From Intoshia linei (Eukaryota > Animalia > Orthonectida), in the NCBI GenBank assembly GCA_001642005.1, contig LWCA01000058.1:1-64000 (forward strand): a DNA stretch of 64,000 nt, in the 5' to 3' direction. Positions 23,290 to 36,034 of this stretch are shown here, piece after piece. The notes under the pieces were generated by a model. The model had not been told where the DNA came from and searched no databases. It saw nothing but the letters and a program-made list of their open reading frames with translations. The number at the start of each line of letters is the position of its first letter. The stretch's first letter is position 1. Made by a program: the position numbers and the translations under genes.

Positions 23290-25418
23290 TTATTTCTTTT
23301 TAGAGCGTTTAGCTTCACTAAGAATTTTTAATCCGAATGGATCGTCGTCTCTTTCAAATTGAACAGGGCCATCTCGTTTATGAGAATTTTTATCTGGTTT
23401 TGCTCCGGAAAATGCCTTATCTGGAACAAATTTGCTAGTTTTTTTGATAGAATCAACTTCATCAGCGTAAAATTCTTCGTTGAGTTTTTTGGAAGGTTTA
23501 TATATAGACGAAGCAATAGATTTTTCACTTTTCCAAGCACTATTGTAGACATTGTATGCATCGTCATCTGCAAATCCGGATGTAACTCCTTTGGTTCCAC
23601 TGTATAATCTTTGATCCATTTGAGCACCCTTGTTATCCGATGGTTTGGCCAAACCTAACGCAATTTTTTCACTAATGTCTCTTTCTGCGTCTTTTTGGAG
23701 ACGTGATCGTTTATCTGGCGCTGCTCTAGCAATATTTCTATCACGTTGACGTTCATGACGTCGATCTTTTCGAAATTGATCCCTTTCTTGAACATCTTCA
23801 TTTTTGTTTTCTTTCAATCTGGCATCACCACTTCGAAATTCACGAGCTTTTCGAGCCAGTTCTCTTAAATTCTCTTCCTTACGTTCCTTTTCTTTTTCTG
23901 ATACTCTCTTTTCAATCTGTGCACGTAGAGCTACCGCTTCACGAGCCTAAAAATAAATTAATTATTAAAATTTATTATCAATTTAAAATTACCTTTCGTC
24001 CAGCTATATACAGAGCCTCTGATAATTTTGCAAAATTTTCATTAATGTGAACAGCTTGCGTTCCCCTTCCATCGGCTGCCAGTCGTTTATCCAACGGAAT
24101 AGTGTATCCCTAATTTTAAGTGTAAACACAAATATCAAATAATTTAAATATAATTCAAATTAAAACGTAAAACTAACCTTAGCATTTTTCCAATTTGATA
24201 CACAGGGTGGAATTTTCCAATTTTGTTGTTCCTTTTGAGTAATTTTTCGGTTGGGTGAATGTAAAACTGGTGCAGGTGGTGAAGGAGGGGCTTTTGGTAT
24301 TTTTGAACTGACACGGAATCGTGGAGGTTCCATGGGGTCCTTTTGAATTTCCATAATTTTAACAATTCGTTGAGTAGCTCCTGAATTGTGGAAACCGCTT
24401 TTTGTCGAAGGAGTATAACGAATATATTTAGCTGCTCCAGCTCTTTCAGCATGCTGAACAGGCAGCGCAGAAGCCACTTTAGATTCAACAATACCTTGCA
24501 ATTTTTGCTTTAATTCTTGCATTTTCTAAAATTAAATATACATATGAAAATTTTAGTAATTCCACATCTTACACGTGTATATTATAAAAAAAGTAATCCT
24601 TCTAGGACCTTACTTTCCAAATTTACGTGTAAAGCATGCATGAAGCTTTTATTGAACTACTTTTCATACAGTACAGATACATTATTTTTGCTTGAAATTT
24701 TTTATTTAATGATGGAGGGGAGAATAAAATAAATAAAATCGTACTTCTTTTGTTTCTTCTTCTGTAGGTCTAATTAAATCACCGCTGTTATAATCCTGGA
24801 CTTTTGGAACTAAACTGTTAAATGTGGCATGTATTATCTAAAATCAAATTTTGTTGAAAGTGTATCATAAATATACCTTGTCTTTTGAATGACCCACACC
24901 AGCTAAAGCATGGAAAGCTACTTTACCATCCTTTCGAATTTGTAAAGGTAGGGCATTAGACTGTTTTTCTGATGACATTCCAATCCCCAATGGATATTGT
25001 GGCATAAAAATCTCTGGAAATGATCCTCCGTTTCCATAATCCTAAGTTAAAATTAAATTAAAATAATTAAAATGTATCAAACCAAAACTGAAGTTGGCTT
25101 CCAACCACCTCTTTGTCCATAAGCTGGTGCTTTACATTCAAGTGTGGCGATTGTTTTCTATAAATAGCATTATACAAAATATTTCAGTTTAAAAAATAAA
25201 CTAACACGAATATTAATTTGATACTGTGGGTTGGACAATCCACATCAAACCAAAAACTGAAAAACGGTAAAATTAACTAAAAATATACCTCAATTTTTTT
25301 TTCTGTATTGTCCTGTATTTCATGTACCGGGCTAGGTAGATGTCTAAAATCATAATTACAATGTATGATTAACTTGATAAGATATAGTTTTATAACTACA
25401 TTACAATTTATGGACCAT
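23290..25418 (-). CDS. SNW1: SNW domain-containing protein 1 (SKIP/Prp45/Bx42), about 8 exons
   Basis: MVHKL|HLPSPV, KAPAYGQRGGWKP, DYGNGGSFPEIFMPQYPLGIGM, YIRYTPS, DPMEPPRF, PPSPPAPVLHSP, WKIPPCVSNWKNAK|GYTIPLDKRLAADG, ERDISEKIALG and RDGPVQFE are all SNW1 hallmarks. Confidence 0.97.
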
Positions 25419-26710
25419 AATATTAAATAGAAAATATTAACACTCTTACTATTTAACTTTTAAGTTAATTCAATCTACTGAATACTACTACACTAATTTG
25501 TGTATTATCGTAAAACCAAAAATGTGTCTGAACAAACTTTATCTGGCCAATTAATATTAACTACTTAATATTGTCATAAAATCATTGACAAGTAAGAATT
25601 ATTTTGATAAAATAAAGATTTTGATATTTAGTTCTAAAATTACGTGGATAAGGTTGATGATGTGAACATGTCGATATTTTTTGAAATAATTACATAAAGA
25701 AAATAAATTAATTGTAGTTTATTATAATTTATTTAATATGTTGCCAAGAGAAATATATTTTACAAATTTCTGGATAACAACAAAGTTATTAGGTTGATGT
25801 AGACTTTGGAGCCTGCTGAATTTTGCATTGCACGGCGTGGTGTGCCGGTGTGCTCTTATAAATCATTTGATAACTACCAAGTTGGTAGTACCAACATTAT
25901 AACATTGTATTACTTATATTAACGCCTGTATAACCGAAATTGTTAATTAGTAAAATATCAATAATTGAAAAAATAATAAAACATCAGTTTTATACCTTGG
26001 TATTTACAAACAGTCAACCAGTAACTCATTTTAAAATATTTTTGGTCTGAATGATTCATAAATGCATATTAATTTATCGATATTTGATAAGCAAAATTTT
26101 GAATTTTATTGTGTCAGAAAATGCAAAATATTACAATATAAACAATTTCTCTATAGTATCATTACTATACAATGTACAAGAGATTCTGTAGTTGATTTTG
26201 CATTTATGTTAGGAAAATTTACATGATCAATGAGTAAAAATAATCTACAAGATATAGGTTTTTAGTACTTTTATTTATTATAAGGCTTATACTGTCGGTC
26301 TTATATGAAAATTCATTTTGAACGAACTCAGAAATTTTTCCTCTATTATCACTAATATTTATTTCACTGACATCTCATCTCACTGATCATCAGCTTTTGA
26401 TTTGACATTTTAAATTTAGCATATAAAATATCATAACTTATGATTATTATACTCAAGATTATAATTTTTTTATTGTTAAATTTGTAAAATGAGGCCACAA
26501 TTTTTGTTTTAATTTTAACACACAACTCGTCAGGGCCAAACGGACAGGGTCTCGTGTACTGTAGGTTAGTCACTGTGTGTATCCTTTCTTGGATTATTAA
26601 AAATAAAGTATAATCACCAAATGGGTTAACAAATATTTTTGCCATCTGTATTAATCATGTAAACTTTTTTTAAATTGTGTTTTTTATATTGCTGTATATG
26701 AAACATTTAG

Positions 26711-28235
26711 ATGACAAAATGAAATTAATTTGCTTGGAAAAGGACGATATTCATTTGAAAAATGAAACTAATCAGATAGACTCGTTACCATTGATTTATT
26801 CTGATAAATATTCCACTCAGTCTGAGCCTTTATGTAATGAAATTGGTTAGTATTTTATATACAGTTGTGTTTATAAAATTTTTTTGTCCACAATATCAAA
26901 AATAATATATTTAACATTTTTAATAATATCGGTTGCAGCGCCCTAAATTTTGAAAACTCTCAATGGGGCATGTTGATAACACTGCATTATTATACCATAA
27001 TAATTATACCTTCTTAATTCCAAATTTTAGATGTAAAAAATAAAGATTTTGATTTTGAAAACTTTGAACCAATAAAAAAAGAATTTTTGGAAAATAAAGA
27101 ATTGATTAATAAACTCAAAAAACAAAATGAAAATTTAAGAAGATATTACACTGTAGAAAATACCAATCTGAGAAACAAAATTTCTGATCAAAATTATATT
27201 ATTGATAAATTTAGTAATTTTTAAAAATGATTTTAATTTCTATTTCAGGGATGGGAACCCAATTCATTCATGAGAGCACAAATATGATAATAATTCAACG
27301 AATTCATTATACTTAACTTTTATTATGTTGGGTATATTTTTCGTATCCTGTCTTAGTAAAATGCAAACTACTTTTTGTGTTGATTGTTCGAATATAGATT
27401 TTTGAAAAATAATGGATTTATTTTTCCAAATAATTCATAATCGTCACTTACTCGTTGCTTTATTCATGCTTCCATTAGTTTTTTCACTAATTTTATATTT
27501 GTAAATAAATGATTTCATTTTATATTTCAATTTTAGATAGCCCCAACAATATATCTTCTTGTGAAAGCAAATCAGATGAGTAATATTAATCTACTTTTTT
27601 AATTTATAATATTGCCAAATTTTGCTTCTACTTCTATATTTTTAATTTCTTTATTACACTGGACACAAAAAATGACACTTTTTTTATCGATGAAACCATA
27701 TTCATACCATGTGGTCATCTATATGGATAAAATAATATTGCAAAATATTGAAACTTTTCATTCACGAGAATAAAAGTTATAGCCATTCGAAGATTTTGTT
27801 AGAAGCCAAAATACAGCATATTTATAATAAAATAACATTGGATACAAGTTTATTTAATCTCCAGTATGCTATTATAATATATGCGCTAATTGTTTAATAT
27901 TTATTTATTTTATAATTAATCCGTGAAGAATCTACTACAAATATAATTTAGTTAAATAATTTTGTCAATATTTAATGACATACATTAATATATATATATA
28001 TATATTTTCAAAGGTGATCTGTATGAAATATACTCTATCAATTTTTATAATAGTCAAAATCTCATTTAACGAAAATGACAATGTGCTGCTGCACACATGT
28101 CTGAAATTTATCAAAATTATATATAACATGAACAAATTATTAAACTTTTTATTATAATAATATTTTACATTGATAATTTATTATAATTTTAGATATATAA
28201 AAAGATTGCATGACTTCTTAAAAGAGATGATCTAA
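26711..28235 (+). CDS. Hypothetical small coiled-coil protein (4 phase-consistent exons; start uncertain)
   Basis: Exons at about 26711-26845, 27031-27213, 27537-27579 and 28193-28235 have GT-AG boundaries and one continuous frame: MKLICLEKDD..KELINKLKKQNENLRRYY..EYIKRLHDFLKEMI*. Possible untranslated exons lie near 25520-25720. No family recognised. Confidence 0.45.
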
Positions 28236-28680
28236 TATTTAAAGCCATAAACCATAAGAATATTTAAAAAAACTACTAAAAAAATAAAATAATATTGAAT
28301 TTACGCGTTCGTTAATCAAAAATTTGTTAAATGAAATATTTGTTAAACAAAACATTCGTTAAATGAGATTTTGACTGTATTTCATCTTTCTATGTAAAAT
28401 TATATGCTCTATCGTTTAGTCATAATTAAAATCATTGATATCTGCCCACTGTTATCAATTTATTTTTAATAATATTAATTTTTAAGACGATCAAAATTTA
28501 TGATGGTTTGGAAATGACTAAATTCAAAATGTTTTTGTCATTTTATCACAAATCCTAAAAAAATATAGGAACTGTATGATTAATTAATTAACATTTTAAA
28601 TTTATTATTTAATATAAGTATAAATACATAAATAAAAATTACTACAATTTCAATTTTTTCTTTTGATAGTAATGAAAATA

Positions 28681-28811
28681 TTACCTGTACAAAAAATTGC
28701 GCCTTATTTTTTAATTTCATTTATTACATTATTTTTCATTTTGTTTTTTTGTTGTATCGTCAACAATTTTTAATCAAGACGGCGCAATTTTTTTATATTT
28801 TAATAGGCAAT
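28681..28811. repeat. Short palindromic MITE-like element upstream of the Rabaptin gene
   Basis: AAAAAATTGCGCC ... GGCGCAATTTTTT inverted repeat. Confidence 0.5.
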
Positions 28812-28895
28812 TTGTTATCGTTAAAATTTATTTAGCATTTTAGAAATTTTACATGTTAGTTTAGATTAATTAAAAAGGATAATGTATTTTCAAAA

Positions 28896-30668
28896 ATGGC
28901 ACGGAATATATTTAAATTAAAATCAGATTTTCCTACACCTTCAAAGTTTAACGTATTTAAGCCTTCAAAATCTGATGACCAAGATTCAATTTCAGTATCC
29001 CAGTCACATGTAGAACTACCTCAAGTGGATGTACCGATGAATGAAAACATTTTTGTCAAAGACGTGGAAAGTATAATGAATCAAGTTAAACAAACATCTT
29101 TTATCTTGGAATATGTTGCTAACATTATGAATGACATGTACGATTCTAAAGATGGAATAATTAGTGAATTGAGTAAAAAGAAGTTTGAAAATTTGAAAAA
29201 AGTTGTAAATAGTGTTATTGATTCAAATTTAGAAATTTCAGTATTATTAGAAGGCAATGTAGACGTTTATCATCATATAGAGTATCTAATAACTCATTTA
29301 CTGAGCTTACCATTATTTAGTGGTAAAATTGATTTTAGTGAAAAAGTTGAACCAAAAAAATTAAACTATGATTCGGATAGCAATGCAACCGACGATGCGT
29401 TTGAAAATGACACAAAACAGTCCATGAAGTGGTATCCTAGAGATTCTGAATCTGGCAGATTTACCGAACCGGTTCCAATATTGTCACATTCGTTTTCTAA
29501 ATTAAAAAACTTATCTACAAATGAAATTGAGGTTAAATTAAAACAACGTCAACTTGAAAACAAGGAATTGAACAAGGAATTAATATCACAAAAAAAGTAC
29601 ATTGATAATTTGGAAAAAATTGTCAAAACGCGTTCACATAATGTTGAAAAAATGTTACAAAATGTCGAATTAAAAGTAGAATGTTTGGAAGACAATTTTG
29701 CAAAAATGGATAAAAAAATTAAAGAACAAATGACCAAGGAGGATAAAGCAATGAAAAATTTAAAAGAACGGTGTAATAATATAATGAATGTTGCCAATAC
29801 TGAACACGAAAAATTACGGAGAATGAAAAGTATTAAGTCTGAACATGAAAAGGAATTGAATATAAAATTTGATAAATACTATAATATCAAACCCGATGAA
29901 ATTTCGCAGGCTGATGTTAAAAATATACAAAGTTTGTTACATGATTATAGAGATTATGTGATTAGTTCTCATTTAGCATATGAAGATATGAATCAAGTAA
30001 TTAAAGAAAATGATAAAATTTACCGACAAAGTTTAAATAGTGAAAATGAAAAGTATAAAAAAATGAAAACTACATATGAACATGAACTGGAAAAACTTTC
30101 CCTTTCTGTCGGAGCCAACAATTCAATTTGCTCAGAAATGGAACGTCAAACTTCAATTATTCACTCTCTCGAAGATTCTAAAATGTCTTTAAATAAGGAA
30201 ATTAACACTCTAAAATCGAAGTATAGTAATAATATGGAATCTATGAAATCCGATATTAATGATAGAAAATCTGACAATACGTATCTTATTGACAAAAATT
30301 ATCACCTCGAAAAACAAGTCATTTTGTTAAAGAATGAATTGAATGCTGGAGAAATTGTTCAAAAGGATTTTGTTAGATTATCGCAAAAATTACAAATTGA
30401 TTTAGAATCTATTCGAAAAGAGAAAAATACGCTTAGGTGGGAATTTGCTGAAGAAATTGACATGTGCAAAATGTGTAAAATTGGGTTAAATAAGAATAAA
30501 GATAAAAGAAATTGTTTACATTGTGGTAAAATTCACTGCTTCTCTTGCACTACTAAATTATTTCGACCATCCAACCTTCTCAAGAAAAAGCGTGTTTGTG
30601 ATTTATGTTATACTTTACTCGAAAATTCTACTCCACCTCATTATTTTGTATCTACTTCGAAAAAATAA
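28896..30668 (+). CDS. RABEP1: Rabaptin-5-like Rab effector with C-terminal FYVE-like zinc finger; intronless, 590 aa
   Basis: Long coiled coil; motif GEIVQKDFVRLSQKLQIDLESIR matches the Rabaptin Rab5-binding region (SEQVQRDFVKLSQ.LQ). It is followed by RW..CKMC..CLHCGKIHCFSC..RVCDLC (FYVE-type), as in invertebrate rabaptins. Confidence 0.85.
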   Translation: MARNIFKLKSDFPTPSKFNVFKPSKSDDQDSISVSQSHVELPQVDVPMNENIFVKDVESIMNQVKQTSFILEYVANIMNDMYDSKDGIISELSKKKFENLKKVVNSVIDSNLEISVLLEGNVDVYHHIEYLITHLLSLPLFSGKIDFSEKVEPKKLNYDSDSNATDDAFENDTKQSMKWYPRDSESGRFTEPVPILSHSFSKLKNLSTNEIEVKLKQRQLENKELNKELISQKKYIDNLEKIVKTRSHNVEKMLQNVELKVECLEDNFAKMDKKIKEQMTKEDKAMKNLKERCNNIMNVANTEHEKLRRMKSIKSEHEKELNIKFDKYYNIKPDEISQADVKNIQSLLHDYRDYVISSHLAYEDMNQVIKENDKIYRQSLNSENEKYKKMKTTYEHELEKLSLSVGANNSICSEMERQTSIIHSLEDSKMSLNKEINTLKSKYSNNMESMKSDINDRKSDNTYLIDKNYHLEKQVILLKNELNAGEIVQKDFVRLSQKLQIDLESIRKEKNTLRWEFAEEIDMCKMCKIGLNKNKDKRNCLHCGKIHCFSCTTKLFRPSNLLKKKRVCDLCYTLLENSTPPHYFVSTSKK

Positions 30669-30764
30669 GTTGTACAATTCATGTTGTACATTTGTAATAA
30701 ATAGTAAATTTTCTAATATGGCATTATCCTTCATTTTACTTACTAGGTTGACATAGATTAAAGT

Positions 30765-33205
30765 TTACAAAACCCAAGCTAAAACAAGAAAAAAAATTAA
30801 TATTAGACAGCACACGAAATATTTCTTTACATTTGGAATAAAAAAGGAGTCAAAATGTCTTGCATATCTTTGAGAATTGTTATTTGTTTTAGAACCACGT
30901 GTAATATTATTTTGAGTCGTATTCGTATGTTTATTTCCTGATTTCTGGGACATGATATAACCCAATTTATCAGAAAATGAAAATTGCTTTTCCACATCCA
31001 TTTTTTCGTAACGTTGAATTTTTTATGATGATTGATTTGAAAAACAATATTTTTGATAAAATTCTGTATTGTAAATTTTAAAATATCCAATTGGACCTTT
31101 TTTTGTTTAATAATACGGTAAAAATTGTTATACATCTTAATTTTGTCGTATTTACAAAAATCGTTATTTGGATTTTTATGGTAACCAACTTTACATGAAA
31201 AAAAATCTGGGCGACAGTGTCCAACATTAGTTTGATTAGTTTTAATTTGATTTAATGTAGTGTAACATAGTTGAGATGTCCGAGAAGACTTTTTTTGAAC
31301 ATAAACCTTTAATCCAGTTTTTGTTATATGGTAATTTTCCATATTTGATGAGCAATTATTAATAATATTATGGTGCAATGTATATATAATATCATGTGAC
31401 ACAATCCATATTTTTAAAATATTGTTGCTGGTATCTGCATATATACTAATCTCACCAAAAAATTTGGGACTGTTATTATTGGTTAAAATGAACCAACTTC
31501 TACATCCATCGAGAGACGTAAAGTATGAGTATTTAATATTTGCTATAAGTATTGGTATTTTTCGATAATCAAAATTCTGAACTTCAATGATATTATTAAA
31601 ATTTGTAACGTGCCAGTGAGTTGCATCCAAATTGTATGCAACTGTGGTTCTGCTCGTCTGATTTTTGAGGGTATTGATCCAAATCAAGGCAAGTCCTAAA
31701 TTAAATATTTTCCTTGATGATTCAATGTACACGGCTTTATTGTCAATTTTAAATATATTAAATGATTCTCCATTATCGTAACTTATATAGCTGTCCCGTG
31801 ATTTGAAACTTATAATCAAATACATCCAGTATTCAAAAACAGCATACGAAATGATGTAGTCACTGTCACTTTTTGGTATATTAATTTTTTTATATTTGGC
31901 AAAATTATCATCGCTCATATAAAATATCACGTTGTTTTGACGTTTGTTTAAAAATTTCTTTATTATTTCAATCAACCCAAATAATCCAGATATTCTACTT
32001 GGAGTATACTAAAATTTAATACTTACTCATCAAGGTAAATCATCAAGTAAATGTATATTTTTATGTAACAATTTATTTAAAAAACTTATAATCTTAAAAT
32101 ATTAATAAAGACAAAGTCTAAGACTATTTTTTTCTTCCATTATTAAATTTATAATGCAGTTACACGCGTGGGGTAGAAAACTACCCCAGCTATTAAATTT
32201 GTATAGAAAGTAAGATTTAGTTATACGTTTAGTATGTTACTACAAAAAACTGTCACGATGCAATAATTACTATCAAAAAAAATATTATTATTAATATTAT
32301 ACATTGTATTATTGGTAAAAATAACTCATAATAAATTATTAAATAATTTATTAATTAACAATCAATAATTAAGTCCTTCAAGATTAAAAGCCCAATTTAT
32401 CTTTTTTAAACATACTATAAAATCAGTCCTAGAATTTTCAAAAACATACGTATTCCCGTCAAAAATAATATTAACTTTTAATCAGCCAATATTTTTAAAA
32501 TTTTTGGATTAAAATTAAAAATTAAATAGACGCATTGTAAATTAAAAAATTGGTCTTAAAATTAAAAAGTCTACGCTAGCTGCTGTTTATACAAAGTACA
32601 CAACTGCCAAGATATTGTATTATAAAGTCTAAAAATTGTATGCATTTGAGTAATAAAAATAAAACAAACCAATATATCTAAGAAAAGTCGATTTCTCAGT
32701 TTCACTATTGATTGTATGTCAAATCTATAATATTCCAAATTTTTTTTATCCTGAAGCATGATTATTTCAATATTTTTTGATGTTTGATAAATGTAATGTA
32801 TACCGCTATAAGAAAAAATGAACACATTTTTACCATAAACAATAAAACTGAACACATCAACATTTGACAATTTAGTAATAATTTGTGTATTTATGTTACA
32901 TTTTGATAATTCATTGAAAGTTTGTATGATAATATAGTTATCAATTACATGTATATTAAATATTATATCAGAAACATATTTAATGAAATAATTTTTTTGG
33001 TTCTCGATATAATATACATTTAACCAGTCTTTACATACTATGAATGTAATCATATGTTTACACAAGATGTTTTGGGATGTATTAATTTTAATTGTTTCAA
33101 ATTTACCCCTAAAAAAATCATTTAAAGGTGTATTAAAATATTGAAAATATATTATTAATGTAACTATTTCATCGTTTTTCTTTAAATAAATTGTTTTTAC
33201 TGTGT
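30765..33205 (-). pseudogene. Highly divergent or decaying VPS10-domain (sortilin/SorCS-like, Asp-box) gene
   Basis: ORF 31975-30827 has Asp-boxes YISYDNGESF and FTSLDGCRSW and a Cys-rich 10CC-like stretch (HCRPDFFSCKVGYHKNPNNDFC). The hydrophobic C-terminus (YFVCCLILIFFLVLAWVL) is in a different frame (31001-30765). Upstream beta-rich ORF 33065-32571; no clean start found. It could be a functional gene with assembly errors. Confidence 0.5.
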
Positions 33206-33719
33206 CTAAAGTTTATTCAAGTGTAAACTCGTAAAACTCATGTCGATCAATCAATTTTAAATATGGTTCTATGAATCGATTTTCGTATATTGATAAAAGT
33301 TTATGCGTGTAATCTGCTTAAAGTCCAAGTCTACCTCCAGCCATATAATTGATCGTAACATTTTCTCTTTTTAATTTTTTTATTACACCTTCAAATTTTG
33401 TTGAATATATTAGTATAGTGTTTATCAATATTATTAAGATGGTTTGTAATATTTTTAACATATTTTAATTTTTTAAAAGCAGTATTGTGTATAAATGTAC
33501 ATAATAACAAACTTAGTTCGTAATGACTAATACTAATCACGCATTTTTCTATCAATGTAAGTAATTGTATCAATATTTATTATAGAATTTTGCTGGTACC
33601 AGTACCATCAATATAAAACTTTTTAAAAAACTACAACATTAGGGTATATAGTGAACTATAACCCAAAAACTATATATACAGTTTATTATAATAATTATCA
33701 ACTCAAAATGAATTTCGTA

Positions 33720-34582
33720 AAAATATAAATTTAAATTTTTAACAAAATGTTTTGGAAATAAGAATTTGAGATTTAAAAATTGCGTAAAAATGAAAAAAAT
33801 TCCGAAGAAATGAATTATATAAATTTTAACCCATATTTCTTTATTGGAAATGTGTAGACGTTCAATGCACATTTTTTTTGAATTGTAGATTTACATTTTC
33901 ATTTTTGATTTTTACATACTATTAAATTAACAGTTAATCGAAATACTTGAAAAATTTGGTTGATAATATATTAAAAATTATTTTTCACCGAAATGCGTAG
34001 ATTTCTGGTGTTGAAATTTTGTATTTATATCAACTGGAATAAGCTCTATCAGATTAATCTTTTTTTTAATTTTCGGACCGTTAATTATTTCACATTTTTT
34101 GTTTTAATAAAATATTTCAAAAAAAAAATATATGAATATTAAAATGCTTTTTTGACCGTGAAGTCGTCACTTATTCCAATGGAAATTTTTTGTGTGTGTT
34201 AACAGGATACAACTGTACCACCTGTAAATTTTTTGAAAATTTAGGGCTGTTTTCATTAAAAAAAGAAGGGTAATTTGTGGTTTGGGCCCTGAAGATATAA
34301 TTTTTTTAAATTTAAATTTATGATAATATTTATGATTTTAAAATCAGTATCAGAGTATATATTTTTTTAAATTCTTCGACTCGTTTGACTTTCAAAAAAA
34401 AGGACAATTGAGCTTTTTAACCCGTAAGATGTGAGTTTGGGAAATTGAAATATATTTTGCTAACACCCTGGAAAAAACTGTAATTGAAATGTAGACTTTA
34501 TAAAATTCTAAGAATTATAGTTCTTGAAATAAACGGTAACACACATAAACAAATATTTCATATCATATTATATAAGTAAGGA
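33720..34582 (-). mobile_element. Helitron-like element, 5' part (same family as 51533-52935)
   Basis: Colinear similarity with about 52150-52935 (e.g. AAATGCGTAGATTTCTGG.GTTGAAATTTTG, TTTTTGACCGTGAAGTCGTCACTTA). Terminus ...TTATATAAGTAAGGA|T. Confidence 0.75.
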
Positions 34583-36034
34583 TGTTCAGTGTACACTTAA
34601 AAATTCAGTTGCTATTTAGAAATAAAAATACTATAAAAATTGAGATTTAAAAAGCAAATAAAATAAAACTACTCAAAATATCAACTTGATTAAGTTAGTT
34701 AAAAATGTTTATCTGTTTGTCTATCTAATTTTATTTAGGAAAGTGTTAGAAGTCGAGTTTTAAAAATTGCATATTTCTATTACGATTTCTCGTGAGTTAG
34801 TTTTGATTTTATAGCAAATTTTACTTTCAGAAATTGAGTCCTTCAAGGCCAAAAACCGCAATTATCTTTTTTTTAAATTCAAACCAATCCTAGAATTATA
34901 CACAAATATAAAAAATACACAATCTGATAAAGAATTTAAAATTATCAATATAATTGTACTACTGAAAAAATGATCAAATAAAAGTAGTTAAAATATTTAT
35001 ACTAAATTCCAATAAATTCATGTTTTTTTTAAAAATTTTATAATTGTATAAAAATCATTAAAATATAATAACCAATATTATATTTTACTATTTTTTTAAC
35101 TAGCATAATTAGTATCATGTTGTCTATGTTATAGGGCTGATGACATATGCAAATTTTAGGAAAAATGGATGAATGAGAAAAAATTTTAATAAAACAGAAA
35201 AAAATAAAGACGCATGGATTTTTTGAACAACAATGAAAAACATTTATATAATTCTGCGGCCAAATTAAAGGGGATCATTACCTATACATGTTTTTTTTAC
35301 ATTTCAAAAAACTCAAAAATGAAATAGACCTGATATTCTACTTTACTATATTACATAATTGGCCTAAGGTAAATAAATATAATTGATATACCAAAAAAAT
35401 GTAAAAGGAATATTTTAAGCTCAATTTACAATTAAATACAATATTAAGTACTAAAAATGGTTTATTGGAATAGTTAACAAGATCAATGATACATACATCT
35501 GAAACCTATAAAATTAAATCATTAAATAATGCTTATACCATTAAATTCGTTCTTCATTTAACACGTGCAATTAAAACGTGATAAAAAGACGAATTTGAGT
35601 CAAAATTTTATATTCTGAGCACAAAACAAATGCCATAAAAATAATTAAAAACGAAAATTATTTATTGATAAAAAAGTTAAATCAGATTAATCAGTACATT
35701 ATTGACATTTAGAGTGGATAATTTAAATATGAAATGATTTACGTGACACGATTATATATTCAGTGATATTATAATATACATTTTGTAAATTTTAGGTTTC
35801 CAACACTTGGAAATACGTTGGAAAATATTGACCCAGATAACAGAAATTGAATTGATTATTGTGAGTAACACTATTCCCGCAATATTTATGCCAAATAGAC
35901 TATAATTTAAAAAAATATTGAAATATTCTATTGATATATTCAATTTTAATAGATTTGGCAGATGTTGTAATTAAAATCGGTATATTAGGATAAGTGTATC
36001 ATTTTATGTACCATTTAAACAAATTTGGTTTATT

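Noticed and set aside
23328-24732. ORFs 23328-23627, 23359-23607, 24144-24491 and 24517-24732
   Set aside because: Alternative-frame, antisense or intronic shadows of SNW1.
29549-30756. ORFs 29549-29797 (-) and 30523-30756 (+)
   Set aside because: Shadow frames of the Rabaptin CDS.
35100-35980. Exon-like segments upstream of attractin (including ORF 35752-35943) as a separate gene or the missing CUB exons
   Set aside because: Frames are interrupted by stops or lack recognisable motifs; at most 5' UTR exons or a decayed gene.
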